Assembly (NCBI GenBank): GCA_020891255.1
Contig: BQFW01000013.1
Span: forward strand, 124,001 to 188,000
DNA: 64,000 nucleotides
From: Entomortierella parvispora E1425
Lineage: Eukaryota > Fungi > Mortierellomycota
Direction: 5' to 3'
The notes under the pieces: generated by a model
Told to the model about the DNA's origin: nothing
The model's database searches: none
Seen by the model: the letters and a program-made list of their open reading frames with translations, nothing else
Shown here: positions 35,948 through 48,318 of the stretch, piece by piece
How the letters are laid out: every line of letters starts with the position of its first letter
How positions within the stretch are numbered: the stretch's first letter is position 1
Made by a program: the position numbers and the translations under genes

Positions 35948-38900
35948 ATGCCGCCGCGCTACCAACCACCGCATCGATCCGGCAACTACGGCAATAATAC
36001 CTCATCTAATAACATTGGACACACTGAAGGCGGACCCTCTCACTCTTCGTCGTCGTCTGGCCCTTCACCCAGCTCTGCCCCTTACCCCCCACCAGGACCT
36101 CACCGCCACCAACAGCAATGGGATCAAGCAGACCCCTCGGATAGGTTCCGATCTTTGCCTGACCGCAACCCTAACAATGGCCGCCGAGGTGGTGGAGGTG
36201 GACCCTATAATCATCAAGGAGGTCCCGGTGGTCGCAATGGCGGCGGTGGTGGTGGCAGCAACTTTCGCGCTGGCGGTGGATACAATGGACGTGGAGGCGG
36301 TCGAGGCGGTGCCCGAGGCGGCCGCGCCATGGGCCAGGCTCGACCACCGCCAGTGAAGCAGGAGAGGATCTATCTCTATGACCAACGCCATCTTGATACC
36401 ACATACAACACCAATCACGCAGACTCGGTGGCAGAGAAGGGCGAGCGCTGGTGGGATAACCCAAAGAACTTTCTCCAGTTCATCTGCCGCGCTATTGACC
36501 CTCCACCTCAGTTCGAGGCTGTACCCACTCCAGGATTGCCACCAAACTGGACCCGACTGGAGTACAGGGTCCAGACACCGGATCCAGAGCTTATCATCAT
36601 TGGTCGAGGCGACGGCAAAAACAAAAAAGACGCAGAGAGGATCTGTGCGCTCGACCTCTGCTACCAACTGGAAAAGCATTCGCTCATCGAGTACTATCGA
36701 CAGTACGGTCGCGGCAAGAAGAACATTGCAAAGTCGCCTAGAGACTGGGCTGTCAACTTCTTCACCAACAAGAAGGCTGGTCTCCCAAAGTACGAAAACA
36801 AGCCGGATCCAACCGCCCAGGGCTTCATCTCGACCCTGAAGTTTGAAAATATTATCGGAACAGGGCGTGGTGCTACAGAGGCGGAGGCTATGGTAGCGGC
36901 TGCAACTCAGTTTCAACAAATGGCGATCGCCCGAGGTGCTACCATGGTCTTGGCCCAGCCTGGATCGATCGAAGAGTCTGGATTCACAGTGGAGATTGCC
37001 AAAAAGTTTTTCGACTATGTGACCCGTATCTTTTCGCTTGGAGCGCCTTACATTGACTACAAGAGCACAGGAAAGACTCATCAGGCGTTGTGGCAGGCTG
37101 AGCTGATTGTCCAAGGAGCTGTTCGCGGTGTTGGCAAGAAGCGTAGCAAAAAAGATGCAGAGAATATGGCCTACGTTGACGCAGCTGTTAGCATGAAAAA
37201 GGAGTACGACGGTATCTGGCAACAATTCGAAGCTACCAAGAACAGCAAGGGCAAACACGCCGATGTTGTTCGTGCCCCACCCAGCATCCACGTTGGCATG
37301 GATGAGTCTTTGCGTCTGGACATTGATCAGATGGTGTCGAGTTTGAGCCGTCAGTCCTTTTTCACTGTTCAACGGCCCCAACTTGGAGCCAAAACACCTG
37401 CTGAGCTCGCCATGGAGCAAATGAACCAGAGTCAACCCACGAACCACAACCGGAGAAACAACCGCAATCTCGTAGGCAGACTGGATGCACAGCAGATGGC
37501 AGGAAAATCGGCTCGACTCTTTGATCAATTTGCTGCTTACCAACGGAACCCACAGTTGGCAAAGTTGCGTGACAGTCGCGCAGGTCTCCCCATTACTCAG
37601 TACGCAGAAGAGATTACAAGCAAAGTCCGACAAAATGACGTGGTGGTCCTGGTGGGTCAGACCGGATGCGGCAAAACGACTCAACTCCCACAAATTCTTC
37701 TCGAAGACTATATCAAGAACCGTGAAGGAGGCGTCTGCAACATCATTTGTACCCAACCTCGCAGGATCGCTGCTATTTCGGTCGCCCAGCGTGTAGCTAT
37801 TGAGCGTGGAGAAAGAGTCGGTCAGTCTGTTGGATACCAAGTGCGCTTTGACAACCAGCCTCCCACGCCCGGTGGATCTATCTTGTACTGCACAACCGGA
37901 ATCTTTTTGCGCATGATGCACAACGAAGGCAGCAGCGGTTCATCAGGAGCTGGAGCGGGTGGTGCTTCGCATGATCCAATGCGCGGAGTGACTCACATTG
38001 TGGTCGATGAGGTACACGAGCGTGATATCGACACCGACTTCTTGCTGGTGCTTCTCAGACAAATGCAGCGCGAACGCCGCGCAAAGAAGTTGCCAGTAAT
38101 CAAGCTGATTTTGATGAGTGCCACCATTGATACTGGCCTTTTCGCTTCTTACTTTGGAGAAGGATTCAAGGGCGGTCAATGCCCATCCATCTCTGTTCCT
38201 GGAAGGACATTCCCGGTCAAGCAGTTCTTCTTGAACGACATCCTGGACACAATGTACCAAACTTACCCTCCCAGCAGTCTGATGCAGCTCTCAAGGAACG
38301 ACCAATCCCAAAAGTATATCCAGCGCGAAATGACTGTTCAGCCCATCGGACCTCCTCAGCCCCACCACTCGTCCCTCCCAGCAAAGGCTTATGACAGCGA
38401 CGACGAAGAGGATGATGTGGATGATTCGGAACTGGACTATGCTGAGAGCATTTTGGACCAAGCTCGTAGCGTCTCAAGGATGCCAAGGGACGAGGTGCTG
38501 GATGCCGAGATCCCTGCACAAATGATTGCATTCACCATTTCACACATAGTTAAGTCGAGCCCAGCTAATGGAGCCATTCTGTGCTTCTTGTCTGGTTGGG
38601 AGGATATGCAGGAGGTGAACCGCCAGCTGGTGAACAGCTCCCCTCTCGGAATTGACTACAACGATACCAACAAGTTCAGGATCCACATGCTCCACTCTAC
38701 GCTTCCCTCCTTGTCTCAGCAGGAGGTTTTCGAGCCTCTGACGGATCCTGGCATGCGAAAGATTATCTTGGCAACCAACATTGCTGAAACAAGTATTACC
38801 ATTCAGGATGTGGTTCATGTTGTTGACAGTGCCAAGGTCAAGGAGACCAACTACGATCCTACCAAGCGTATGACGACCTTGCTGCCCACATGGATCAGTG

Positions 38901-40939
38901 CCTCGAGTTTGAAGCAGAGAGCAGGACGTGCCGGACGTGTGCAGGAGGGACAGTACTACTGCATGATGTCGCAGCAGCGTCGGGAGCTCTTGGATGCATT
39001 CTCGATCCCGGAGATGTTGCGCTCTGATCTCCAAGAGATTTGTTTGCACATCAAGTCAGTGGACAATTCACCAGGCACAAAGATTGCGAATGTGCTGGCG
39101 GAGGCCATTCAGCCCCCAGACCAGTTGAGTGTCTCTGACGCTCTGATGCAACTTACGTCCCTTGGCGCGCTGGATCGCAATGAGAACCTGACACCGCTGG
39201 GAAGAGTGCTGGCAACGCTTCCCGTGGAGCCTAGCTTCGGACGGTGCTTGATATTGAGTTGTGTTTTCCGTTGTTTGGATCCCGTACTTACTCTTTGCGC
39301 TTCCCTCGGAACCAAGGATGTTTTTGTTTCCCCTCTCATGAAGAAGGAGCAGGTAAAGTTGGACAACACATTTTTTTCATTTATGTGCAATCTTGAATGG
39401 AGCTAGAATCACTGACGCGCCTTTTTTTAATTTTTCTGTTACCAGGCTGATGCTGCCAAGATGAAGTGGGCCAAGGAGTTGAACAGTGACCATTTGGCCA
39501 TGATGAATGCTTACAATGCTTGGCAAGAAGTCATTACGCGCGCCATGACCCTGTCCGAGAGAACTGGCGAGCGTGGTGACCCTACAAGAGCCTCTTTCAA
39601 CTTTACGGACCAAAACTTCTTGAGTCGACAGGCGCTCGAGAATGTGAAGAGGGCCAAGACACAGCTGCTGGGATTGTTGGAGAAGGCCGGTGTGGTACCT
39701 ACCATGACCTTCCAGATGCGTCAACAGCAAGCCTCGGCCTTTGAAATGGGACCAGCCGAGTACAACAAGAACTCGAACTGCATTCCTTTGTTGCGTGCGA
39801 TGATCTGTGCAGGAGTGTTCCCTAACGTCTCGTACAAGACGAGCAAGAAGATCCACCGAACGCGTCACGACAACACGTGTATTGTTCACCCAGGATCTGT
39901 CAACTCGATGAGAGGAGAGCGTTTGATCCACCCCGATTTGGTGGCCGAGCCCGGTTCGCTCTATGCCTTCTCGACCAAGGTCAGGACAGGCGAGACTCAA
40001 ATCTTTTTGAGAAACACGACACGATTGGATCCCATCTCGATCCTGCTGTTTGCAGGAGAGAACGATGTGGAGGCCGTTGGATACAACCAACTTGTGGTCG
40101 ATGATTGGTGGAAGTTCAATGGCTCGGACCGAACGATTCGTACTCTTAAGAACCTTCGTGAGCTGATGACTGATGGATTCGAAAAGATGTTCCTGATTCT
40201 GGACCACAAGAGTCGAAACAGTCAGCAGCAGGGCCGTCATGGCAGCAGGGCCGGTGGCCAAGGACCCACCAGTGGCGTCGATGACAGCAACCGATCCACG
40301 CCCTCTCCCCAGCTTGGCTACTATGGCGTTGGGTTGGATGTTGGTATGGATGAGAGTATGAACATGGATGGACTTCTCAGTCAGGCGCTCGAGTCTGGTA
40401 AGGACTGGCTGGACCAGCCCGCAATGGTCCGTCTGGTCGAGGGTGTCGTGGAGCTTTTGCAGAGCTCAGACGAGGAGATGATGGCAGGTGGCGGTGGCCA
40501 GGGAGGCGGTGGCGGTTACCAAGGCTACGGATCCTCTCAGCATTCGTCATACTACAATGGCAGCGGCAGTGGCTACAACAGCGGATACGGAAGCGGCAAC
40601 AACAGCGGAAGGAACTCTGCAATGGACCACCACTCTGGTCATGGATCCCAATACTTACCATTCCCTACAAACTCGCGTGCCTATGGCGGCGGCGGATCTG
40701 GCGGAGGTTACTACGGACCTGGCAGCAGCAACGGCGGCAGTCGCCCTGGATCGCGTGCAGGCTATTCTTCAGGCTATGGCCATAGCAACAACAACGGTCA
40801 TCACGGTGGTCATGGAGGACACGGTGGCCACGACCGCGGTCATGGCGCCTCTCACGGACCCCCTGCCCCTGTGAGCCAGGATCCTCGCGAAATGTGGACG
40901 AGCGGTGGGCAGGGAACTGGAGGCACGAGCTGGTTCTAA
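35948..40939 (+). CDS. DEAH/RHA RNA helicase with N-terminal dsRNA-binding domains (DHX30/DHX9-like)
   Basis: Exons 35948-39352 and 39446-40939. Motifs: GQTGCGKTTQLPQ, TQPRRIAA, DEVHER, MSAT, ATNIAETSITI, QRAGRAGR, plus HA2 and OB domains. dsRBD-like segments include NPKNFLQFIC...GKNKKDAERIC and GVGKKRSKKDAENMAY. RGG-rich N-terminus, G/Y/S/H-rich C-terminus. Confidence 0.93.
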
Positions 40940-41252
40940 GTTGGACGCTGCTTCGTTACCTTATTCTCCACAGATAGATCTCACAAGTAAATATCCCTTT
41001 TTTTTCAATCATATTTGCAAACAATGCAGTCAACCGTGTTGATGGCGGTGTTTGCCCCATGGGTCAATGATTTGGCCCAAAAGCGTCACATGGAAAGAGT
41101 ATTTGTCTCTTTGGTAGACCAAAGCAAGCGAAATAGCACGCTGGGGGTCATTTTTCTCTTTTTTACTCCTTTTCTTCATTCATTCCTCGTCTCTCTTGTC
41201 CACTTTTATCTCCATCCTCCTTTCTTTCCGCCTTTGCCCTCAGGCACTCTCC

Positions 41253-44075
41253 ATGGCGACGATATCAGATCTCTGTGCGACTATGAGCATGGTCGAGGTC
41301 ACGCCGAGGACCAAGACAACGTTTGCAAGCCTTCCCCCGGAATGCATCGAGGACATTGTCTGGCAGCTTCAAAACGACAGATTCGCGCTCGCGCGTCTCT
41401 TGCGCGTCAGTCGGCTGTTACTTCAAATCACTGTCCCAGTCCTGTACTCGGATCCGTTTCGACTCTGTCCTGAGCGGTATCGATCAAAATTGACCCGGAT
41501 TCTCTTATTCTCGATGGACGGACAAGACGATGGAAAAGGAGAGGCTGGTTTCTCGGCCGAAGCATTTCTGGAGCGGATCCAGAAGACGGTTCGGGAACGA
41601 GGAAATGGCTGTGGCAATTTCCATTGTCACGGTCGTTGTCAGCCTAACCCTGGGGTGGAGGCCGAGAAGGAGGCGGATGAAGCTCAAAAACAGGACAACA
41701 GAGATGTTTTGACAGAAAAGGCAAAAGACACCAACGATGTCTCCCACACCACCGGCGTCAACACTCCAAAACGACAGACATTTGCTCCCTATGCGGACTC
41801 TTTGCTCGGATTTCGGGATCGATATTGGGGCGTGTTGTTGTTCCAAATGACTCCTCACTGTGGATGGTATAATCAATACCGCGAGCGGCTCATGCAGGAG
41901 ATCCAAGTCATGGTTCTGACTCGGATCGTCGATCGGTGTCAATATCTAGAGATACGGCCCGGGAATCTGCAGCCGATCATACATTTGGCTGGACATATGC
42001 GGTCGTTGAAAAAGGTGATTCTGATCGGCCAGTTCTCTAGACCTCAGTTGGTGCCTGTCACTCAGTTCCTTCAGCTGCGAAATGGGATTGGAAACAAGTC
42101 TGCGGGCGGCGCTGGGGGTTCCGGGATCGAAATCTGCAATCTGCCCACGATCCCTCAGTCAGTTGAATCCGGCAACCCACACATTCATCATTTCCATCCT
42201 CCACTCCATCATCATCACGCCCACGAGACAGAGGGGCAACAACAGCAACTGCATCTTCAGTTGCAGCATTTGGATTTCCATCGAAAACAACAACAGCTGG
42301 AAGTGATTATTGCCATGGGGCGACCCAAGGAGATGGACACGAACGACTGTCATGATTTCTCGGCCCTGAGTCAGCGTATCCCATGTCAGGTTCTGGCGCG
42401 ACTGGAACGCTTTCAGCATGTCCTTGGATTCTTGGAGGGTGATGGAGGAAAGTTCTTGAGACGCTGTCGACGCCTGCGGGAGTTGGACTTCGCAGCTTTT
42501 GACCGAGATGTATTTTCGTGGGCTTTTATTGAAAAACAAAAAGCGATCATGGCTAAAGTCAAATCGTCCTCGGTCGCGTCGTCTCTTCAGAGGACTGAGC
42601 AGGATGGATCCTCTTCAGCCTCATCGTTATTGTCGCCCGTCCTGGCAGTCACCTTACCAATCCCCATCTCGGTTCTAGCGCCAGCACCCAGTCTACCATT
42701 AGTTCAACTAACTGTTGTCCGGATGGCGGTCTCTCAGTGGATGACAGGCAGGATCCTACGATCTTTACTTGAAGGCTTCAGTCACAGTCTGGAGAGTGTC
42801 CTCTACAATGTTTATGACAACTCCCATCTGGGCCAATTCCTCTGTAGAGAAACAGTCGAACGCCTTCAGCACGAAGCAAGTAAGGACCTGCCCTACCGAC
42901 TGGATCGCCACTTGTTCATGCCAAAGTTGAAGAAGCTCCGTTTGGTCCACGTCACGTCCGCAGTCGAGATTGGACCAGGGGCCTTTGATGGATGTCCCGA
43001 ACTTGATTCCTTGTCGATCGGAGGCTCTGCGGCTTGTGTAGATGGTCGAACGGATTATGGACTGTTCAAGCTCCCCAAGCTGACGTGTTTGGAGTTGGGA
43101 CCGACGGCGGGAGCGCGTTTCAACTTTGAATCGCTCAAGTACTTGCCAAAATTGGAATCATTCGCCCTGAGAGATATGGTCCCCCTTGCGGAGGAGCTGC
43201 AGCCCGATCTGACCCTGATACCGCCGAAGCTGATACCCTGGACTTGGACTTTGCCTGTGTTGACTCAGATCCAGGTCACAGGCCGTCCAGCAGCTCACTT
43301 TCGATTTCAGTGGATTCGTCAATGCCCAACGTTGGAGGTGCTGGTTATCGAGGGAGTTCCTTCTGCGGCCCTGCAATTTGAATCCTCAGAACTAAAGTCC
43401 AGTCGAACCTCCACCTCTTTCCCGAGTGATGATGACAATGAGGAGAACGATGATGAGGACCATCCTTCTTTGTGGAAGCCGATTGAAAGCACCTACGGAC
43501 CCAAACTTCACCGCTGCACCTTCCAGATCCACCACTGGCATCATCACGAGATCAACAAGTTTCGACTCCGGAAACTCTTGGAGCTTTATTGCAGTCAAGT
43601 TCAGGTGTTAAGACTCACTGGCAAACTAGGAGATGTCAAAGCGATCCCATTGCCCCCCGACAGAGTCCTACAGGGCCCGGTCTTGGGTCGTGGCAATAGT
43701 ATCTGTCAATGGCAACAGGTTTCGATGGACTTGGCCATCAAGGCCACTTTTAATCTGAAGAATCTCAAATCGTTGATCCTCTGTCCCGAAGGGAAGCTGG
43801 GCGTGATGACAAACTACCCATACACGCCAAATTTGAATGCATACAAGTACCGTTACGGGCTGGTCTTGGGAATGAGAAGCAAGGGTTGCAAGACGCCGGC
43901 TTGGTGTCAATCGATGGATTTGAAGACTTGTCAGATCGAGGTCTTGGATGAGGTTGAACCCCAGGATGGAATCACTAATGTGTATCGGCAGCTGACGTCT
44001 TGGGTGCCAGCCATTAAAGAACAGGTGGTGATGGATACCCACAATGAACAGGGGCATGTTCCCCGGCATCACTGA
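41253..44075 (+). CDS. F-box protein with RNI-like leucine-rich repeats
   Basis: Single-exon ORF; first ATG 41253 (the track start is TTG). F-box-like FASLPPECIEDIVWQLQNDRFALARLLRVSR and LRR-like CRRLRELDF, PKLKKLRL, CPELDSLSI, PKLTCLEL, CPTLEVLVI. Confidence 0.85.
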   Translation: MATISDLCATMSMVEVTPRTKTTFASLPPECIEDIVWQLQNDRFALARLLRVSRLLLQITVPVLYSDPFRLCPERYRSKLTRILLFSMDGQDDGKGEAGFSAEAFLERIQKTVRERGNGCGNFHCHGRCQPNPGVEAEKEADEAQKQDNRDVLTEKAKDTNDVSHTTGVNTPKRQTFAPYADSLLGFRDRYWGVLLFQMTPHCGWYNQYRERLMQEIQVMVLTRIVDRCQYLEIRPGNLQPIIHLAGHMRSLKKVILIGQFSRPQLVPVTQFLQLRNGIGNKSAGGAGGSGIEICNLPTIPQSVESGNPHIHHFHPPLHHHHAHETEGQQQQLHLQLQHLDFHRKQQQLEVIIAMGRPKEMDTNDCHDFSALSQRIPCQVLARLERFQHVLGFLEGDGGKFLRRCRRLRELDFAAFDRDVFSWAFIEKQKAIMAKVKSSSVASSLQRTEQDGSSSASSLLSPVLAVTLPIPISVLAPAPSLPLVQLTVVRMAVSQWMTGRILRSLLEGFSHSLESVLYNVYDNSHLGQFLCRETVERLQHEASKDLPYRLDRHLFMPKLKKLRLVHVTSAVEIGPGAFDGCPELDSLSIGGSAACVDGRTDYGLFKLPKLTCLELGPTAGARFNFESLKYLPKLESFALRDMVPLAEELQPDLTLIPPKLIPWTWTLPVLTQIQVTGRPAAHFRFQWIRQCPTLEVLVIEGVPSAALQFESSELKSSRTSTSFPSDDDNEENDDEDHPSLWKPIESTYGPKLHRCTFQIHHWHHHEINKFRLRKLLELYCSQVQVLRLTGKLGDVKAIPLPPDRVLQGPVLGRGNSICQWQQVSMDLAIKATFNLKNLKSLILCPEGKLGVMTNYPYTPNLNAYKYRYGLVLGMRSKGCKTPAWCQSMDLKTCQIEVLDEVEPQDGITNVYRQLTSWVPAIKEQVVMDTHNEQGHVPRHH

Positions 44076-44162
44076 ACAATAAAAATGATATGGACTGAAT
44101 CCTCTTTTGTCGCCAAAAAAAAAAAAAAAAAAAAAAAAAAGTATATTTGTCAAAAAGTTGGT

Positions 44163-45655
44163 TTATGTAACAAGATCTTCAATGTCGGCAGCTTCCTTGT
44201 CTAGGTTGGTCTTGTCCATGCCATGTTTAGCAGCCAAGTCTACAATACTTCCGTCGTCCTCCTTCTTGATCTGCGGGTGCTCCTCCGAATCCTCTGCAGA
44301 GCCAAAGAACCGACTCGTTCCTGCTTCGTCCTGTTCCTCCTTGATGATGGGTTCTGGATCCGATTTATCGTTTTCTTTGTCGACATTGTCGTCGTCGTGT
44401 TCTAATTTGACGACAGTGGGTGAATGAATCTCTACCTCTCCAAAGGGTTCGACACGCTCCTCCTGGATTTCTTCTTTCAGGGCTTCCTTCTTGGACCTTT
44501 TTGTCTTGACGGTGCTAGAGGGACACCGTTCTTGGACCGGACAAACTCCACACATGGGTCCACGAGGCAAGCAAAGGACCTGTCCGAATCCGACCATGAT
44601 ATGATTGATCTCTCTCCAATGTTCCTTTGGCAACCAGGACTGCAAAGCCTCGCGCGTTCCCTCTGGTCCATCCTTCTCTGTCTTGACCCAGCCCAGGCGA
44701 TTCGAGATGCGGTGCACATGTGTATCGACGCCAATCCCCAAATTCTTGTTCCAGGCACACTGAAGAGTCAAATACGCCATCTTGGGTCCGACTCCAGGAA
44801 GGGCGATCAATCCTTCGGGGGTATCGGGGATATCGCCATTGTAATCCCGACGACAGATCTCGGCCACCTGCTTCATAAAGATGGTCTTTTTGTTGTGAAA
44901 GCCCACAGCGCCAATGATGGTGTTGAGTTCCTCGGAAGGTACATCCAGTACGCCTTGGATCGTCAGTCCTCCCTTGAGTTCTTTTTGCAGTCGACGGACT
45001 GCCACTGAGGTGACTGTATCCTTTGTTTGCGAGGAGAGGACTAAAGCCATCAACGTCTGGAATCGGCTCACCTAGAACAAGAAAAAAAAAGGCAAAGGGC
45101 ATGAGATATGGCAAGCGACAAGGAAGAGGAGCAAGAAAAAAAAGTAATCGGCTGCCATGTCCTTACCTCGGGCGGGATATGATCGCCGACCTCGGCCAAC
45201 CGTTCGCATCCCATGGTATCGACAGGGGCAGGGTTATGGAGCCTGAACTCGCGCAACCGATCCAGAGTCACCTTCCATCCCAGAGGTTCCTTGGTCGCAA
45301 ACTTGCTCTTCTTGACTGCCTCCTTGTCGTCTGATGCTTCCTTTTTGACTCGATCAGTTGCGGCGGTTGCTGCGCTGTTCTTTGCCCTGGCGGTTGTTCT
45401 CTTTTTAGAGGGAGTGGCCTCGTTGTCTTCTTCTTCCAGCGCCTGTCGATACTCGTCCGCTTCGATTTTGAGTCGTGCTAGCGAGGATTCATCAAGGTCG
45501 CCGTCCTCTGTCTTGACGATGGTTCGTGTTTGGCGCGTGGAAGGGTTGGAGACGGCAGACTTGCGCTTGAGTGGGTTCTTGGAGGAGTCACTTGACTCTG
45601 CCTGTTCTGCCTTGATGCGCACATCACGCAATCGGGTGCTTGAGCGAGTTGACAT
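44163..45655 (-). CDS. NTH1: Endonuclease III-like DNA glycosylase/AP lyase
   Basis: Exons 45655-45167 and 45071-44163. Motifs: LVLSSQTKD, Hh[24 protein letters not shown], 4Fe-4S motif [17 protein letters not shown]. Confidence 0.96.
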
Positions 45656-46028
45656 GGATGAGGATAAGGATGACGAAGAGAAAGAGCAAGAGATGGAGAG
45701 AGTGGAGAGAGGACAGCGAAGAATGAAAGAGGAATGGCGAAAGAGGTGAAGGTGCATTGACCGGAGAAAGAAAGGGAACCGCGTTCGGTGGTGGTCTGAG
45801 AATGTCCGAAGTGAGGTGGAAGTGGGCGACAGAGGGCAGTCACGCGTATTTTTTTTTTCTTTTTTTTTTCTTTTTTTTTTTTGCCCTCTCTTCTTGACAA
45901 GACCCCAGAGGGCAGAGCGGACTCGAGAAAGAGAAAAAAAGCCTATTCATTCATTCATTCATTCAATTCATCAGGATCGTCTTCTCTTTCATTCTTCATT
46001 CCCTCCCCCCCTTTCAACACAACACATC

Positions 46029-47153
46029 ATGTCTGCCGACCATATTGCTCAAAAGATGTCGACCCTCTCCGTCGAGGACCAGGATCATCTCGAGGAGCTG
46101 ATCGAATCCGCCCGCTATGGCGAGCTCGAGGAGATCCAGGCCGTCGTCGAGGCCCAGGGTTTGGAAAAGGCCAAGATCCTTCTCTCACATCAGGGCGATT
46201 ACGGAAAGACTCCTCTCCATATGGCCGCTGCCAATGGACATCTTGGTAAAGAAACGAGGACTAGGCGTTATCCCCACAGGGACTAGCTGGAAATTACTCT
46301 TTTGAAACAAATGGAAGCTGGTGCAACAAACTGGCACCCATTGGCAGGACTATGGAACAGCAGACAGGAAGAGCACCTGCCAAAACTTATCATGGAACAG
46401 AACCAAGCCAAAAGTCAAAAGTGAAATGTTAGCAGACGTCAAGGATGAACCACGAAGACATTTTTCTTGGCTTTGCAACAACAAAGCGGAAATGTCACGC
46501 AGAGAACCTTCGTCGCGTGGAAACAGCGACATGTACGGTCGATCTGCGTTTACCGACGGTGGGCTTCTGGAGCAAGCAAGGAGGCTATGTTTTTACACCT
46601 TGGGCGACGTCTGATCGATTGCGAGGGACGAGTTTTGCAACGAAACACGATTTGTTGTTCATTCAGATCGCTGACTCAAAATGTACCCTTCATTGGATCT
46701 TTTTTAGATGTTGTTGAATACTTGATCTCCGTCATCCCCGCAGAGGCCGTCAACACCCAAAACGAGCAAGGAAACACTGCATTGCACTGGGCTTCCGCGA
46801 ACGGACATCTCAAGGTCGTGGAGGCTTTGGTGTCCAAGGGAAAGGCTGATTACAAGGTGAATACCTCGTCCGAATATCATGGCAGAAGAAACTGGACTCT
46901 TTTAGATGGCGCATCCTTTGGACTGACAATGTCAAACTCTTTTTATTTTATTTTTTTCTCAATGCAGCTCAAGAACGCCGCTGGACATACCCCCATTATC
47001 GAGGCCGAGTCGCAGCAACGCGAGCAGGTCGTTGCCTGGTTGTTGATCAACACGGAGCCCGATGAGGAGCTCCAGGATGACGATGATGAGGATGAGGACG
47101 AGGAAGAAGAAGAAGAGGAAGAGGAGGCACAGTCCTCGACAACGAAAGCATAG
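46029..47153 (+). CDS. YAR1: Small ankyrin-repeat protein with acidic tail (Yar1-like Rps3 chaperone)
   Basis: Exons 46029-46245, 46708-46856 and 46968-47153. ARYGELEEI, TPLHMAAANGHLDVVEYL, GNTALHWASANGHLKVVEAL, D/E-rich C-terminus. Orthology inferred from size and architecture. Confidence 0.78.
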
Positions 47154-47351
47154 AAGGGCTACAAGTGAAATGAAATAAACTAAAAATAAGTGGACTCTAC
47201 GATCGATCTTTCTCTCATAGAAACCCAACAACGCCGACTCCTCGTCTACTCTGAGAAATTCAAGGTCCAGTGGCAGAGACTCCGCGGCAATGCCCTGTGC
47301 CCCTTGCTACACCGATTGTAGTGTCTTGTCACTGGTCTCTGTTTTGCTGCA

Positions 47352-47710
47352 CTAAAATTCCTTTTTCTGCGATCTCATAGAAACATTGTTGGTGAGATCT
47401 GATATAAGAGCTCGAGCCTGGTGTAATGGTTGGTACATTGACGATCCATCTTGCCTGCTAGCAGACAAAGCTCTATCGGCTTTGTTGTTGGCCCCCGTTT
47501 CACAGACCTTATCAAAGTCGGTCGCGTGTAAGACCAACTCTGCACGGCCCTTCGTCGACCGGGTCCATAGGAGGTAGAAGATCGCTGCGGGCGATTTTTC
47601 TTCCATAAGGCCAAGATGATTGGGGATGTGTTTGACCAAAGCCAAGAACATCGTCCTCGAGCAATCTTGCATCTTGCTCTGACTTTGCGTGCCATGTTCT
47701 CAGGCAAGAT
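47352..47710 (-). pseudogene. Decayed coding fragment, apparently related to the fragment at about 34870-35100
   Basis: Shares a 17-nt core and a conceptual W-x3-S-x-QD-x2-LLEDDV-(L/F)-G motif with the 35-kb fragment; stops and frameshifts on both sides. Confidence 0.3.
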
Positions 47711-48318
47711 TGTCTACATTAAAACTATATATTTGTTTATCCGCTTCTTCGACGGCATCTGATGTGAACAGTTATGGATAGGTGGATGGGAAGATCGTTT
47801 TCTAAAGGATGAAGTTATTCGCTGCCTGCGCAGCAGCATCAATGTTGAAGCAAAGACCTTTTGCAGATCGGACTAGTAGACTGAGGGTAAGCTGGTGAAC
47901 GCCGTTGACCCCGAATGAGCCAAATATATATTGAGAGGAAGGAGAAGAAGGGCGAGTGTCGATTGAGCTTACTGGATGAATATTCAATTGACTCCTCTTT
48001 GTATAGATCGACAGAGTGATGGGCTTCCCTGTGGGAATTGGTGATCTGCAAGAGAGATAACGAAAGCAGAAGGATCGCGTCCGCATGAAAGGTCTCCGTT
48101 CGAGATCAAGCTATCTTTGAGGCAATTCTCTCTTATTTTTATTTTGCTTGACGTTCAGGGGAGAACAGGTTCAAGGTTTTTTTTTTTTTTTTTTTTTTTT
48201 TTGGGAAAGGAACGGAGAACATGAGATACCACAGATCTCAAAAAAAAAAAAAGATACTGTAGGAAAAAAAAAGTGAGAAACCATCAGGGAAACTATCGGG
48301 GAAAGAGAAGTGCAGCAT

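Noticed and set aside
36065-37921. 618-aa minus-strand ORF
   Set aside because: Exactly antisense to the helicase CDS and explained by codon bias; no domain is recognisable.
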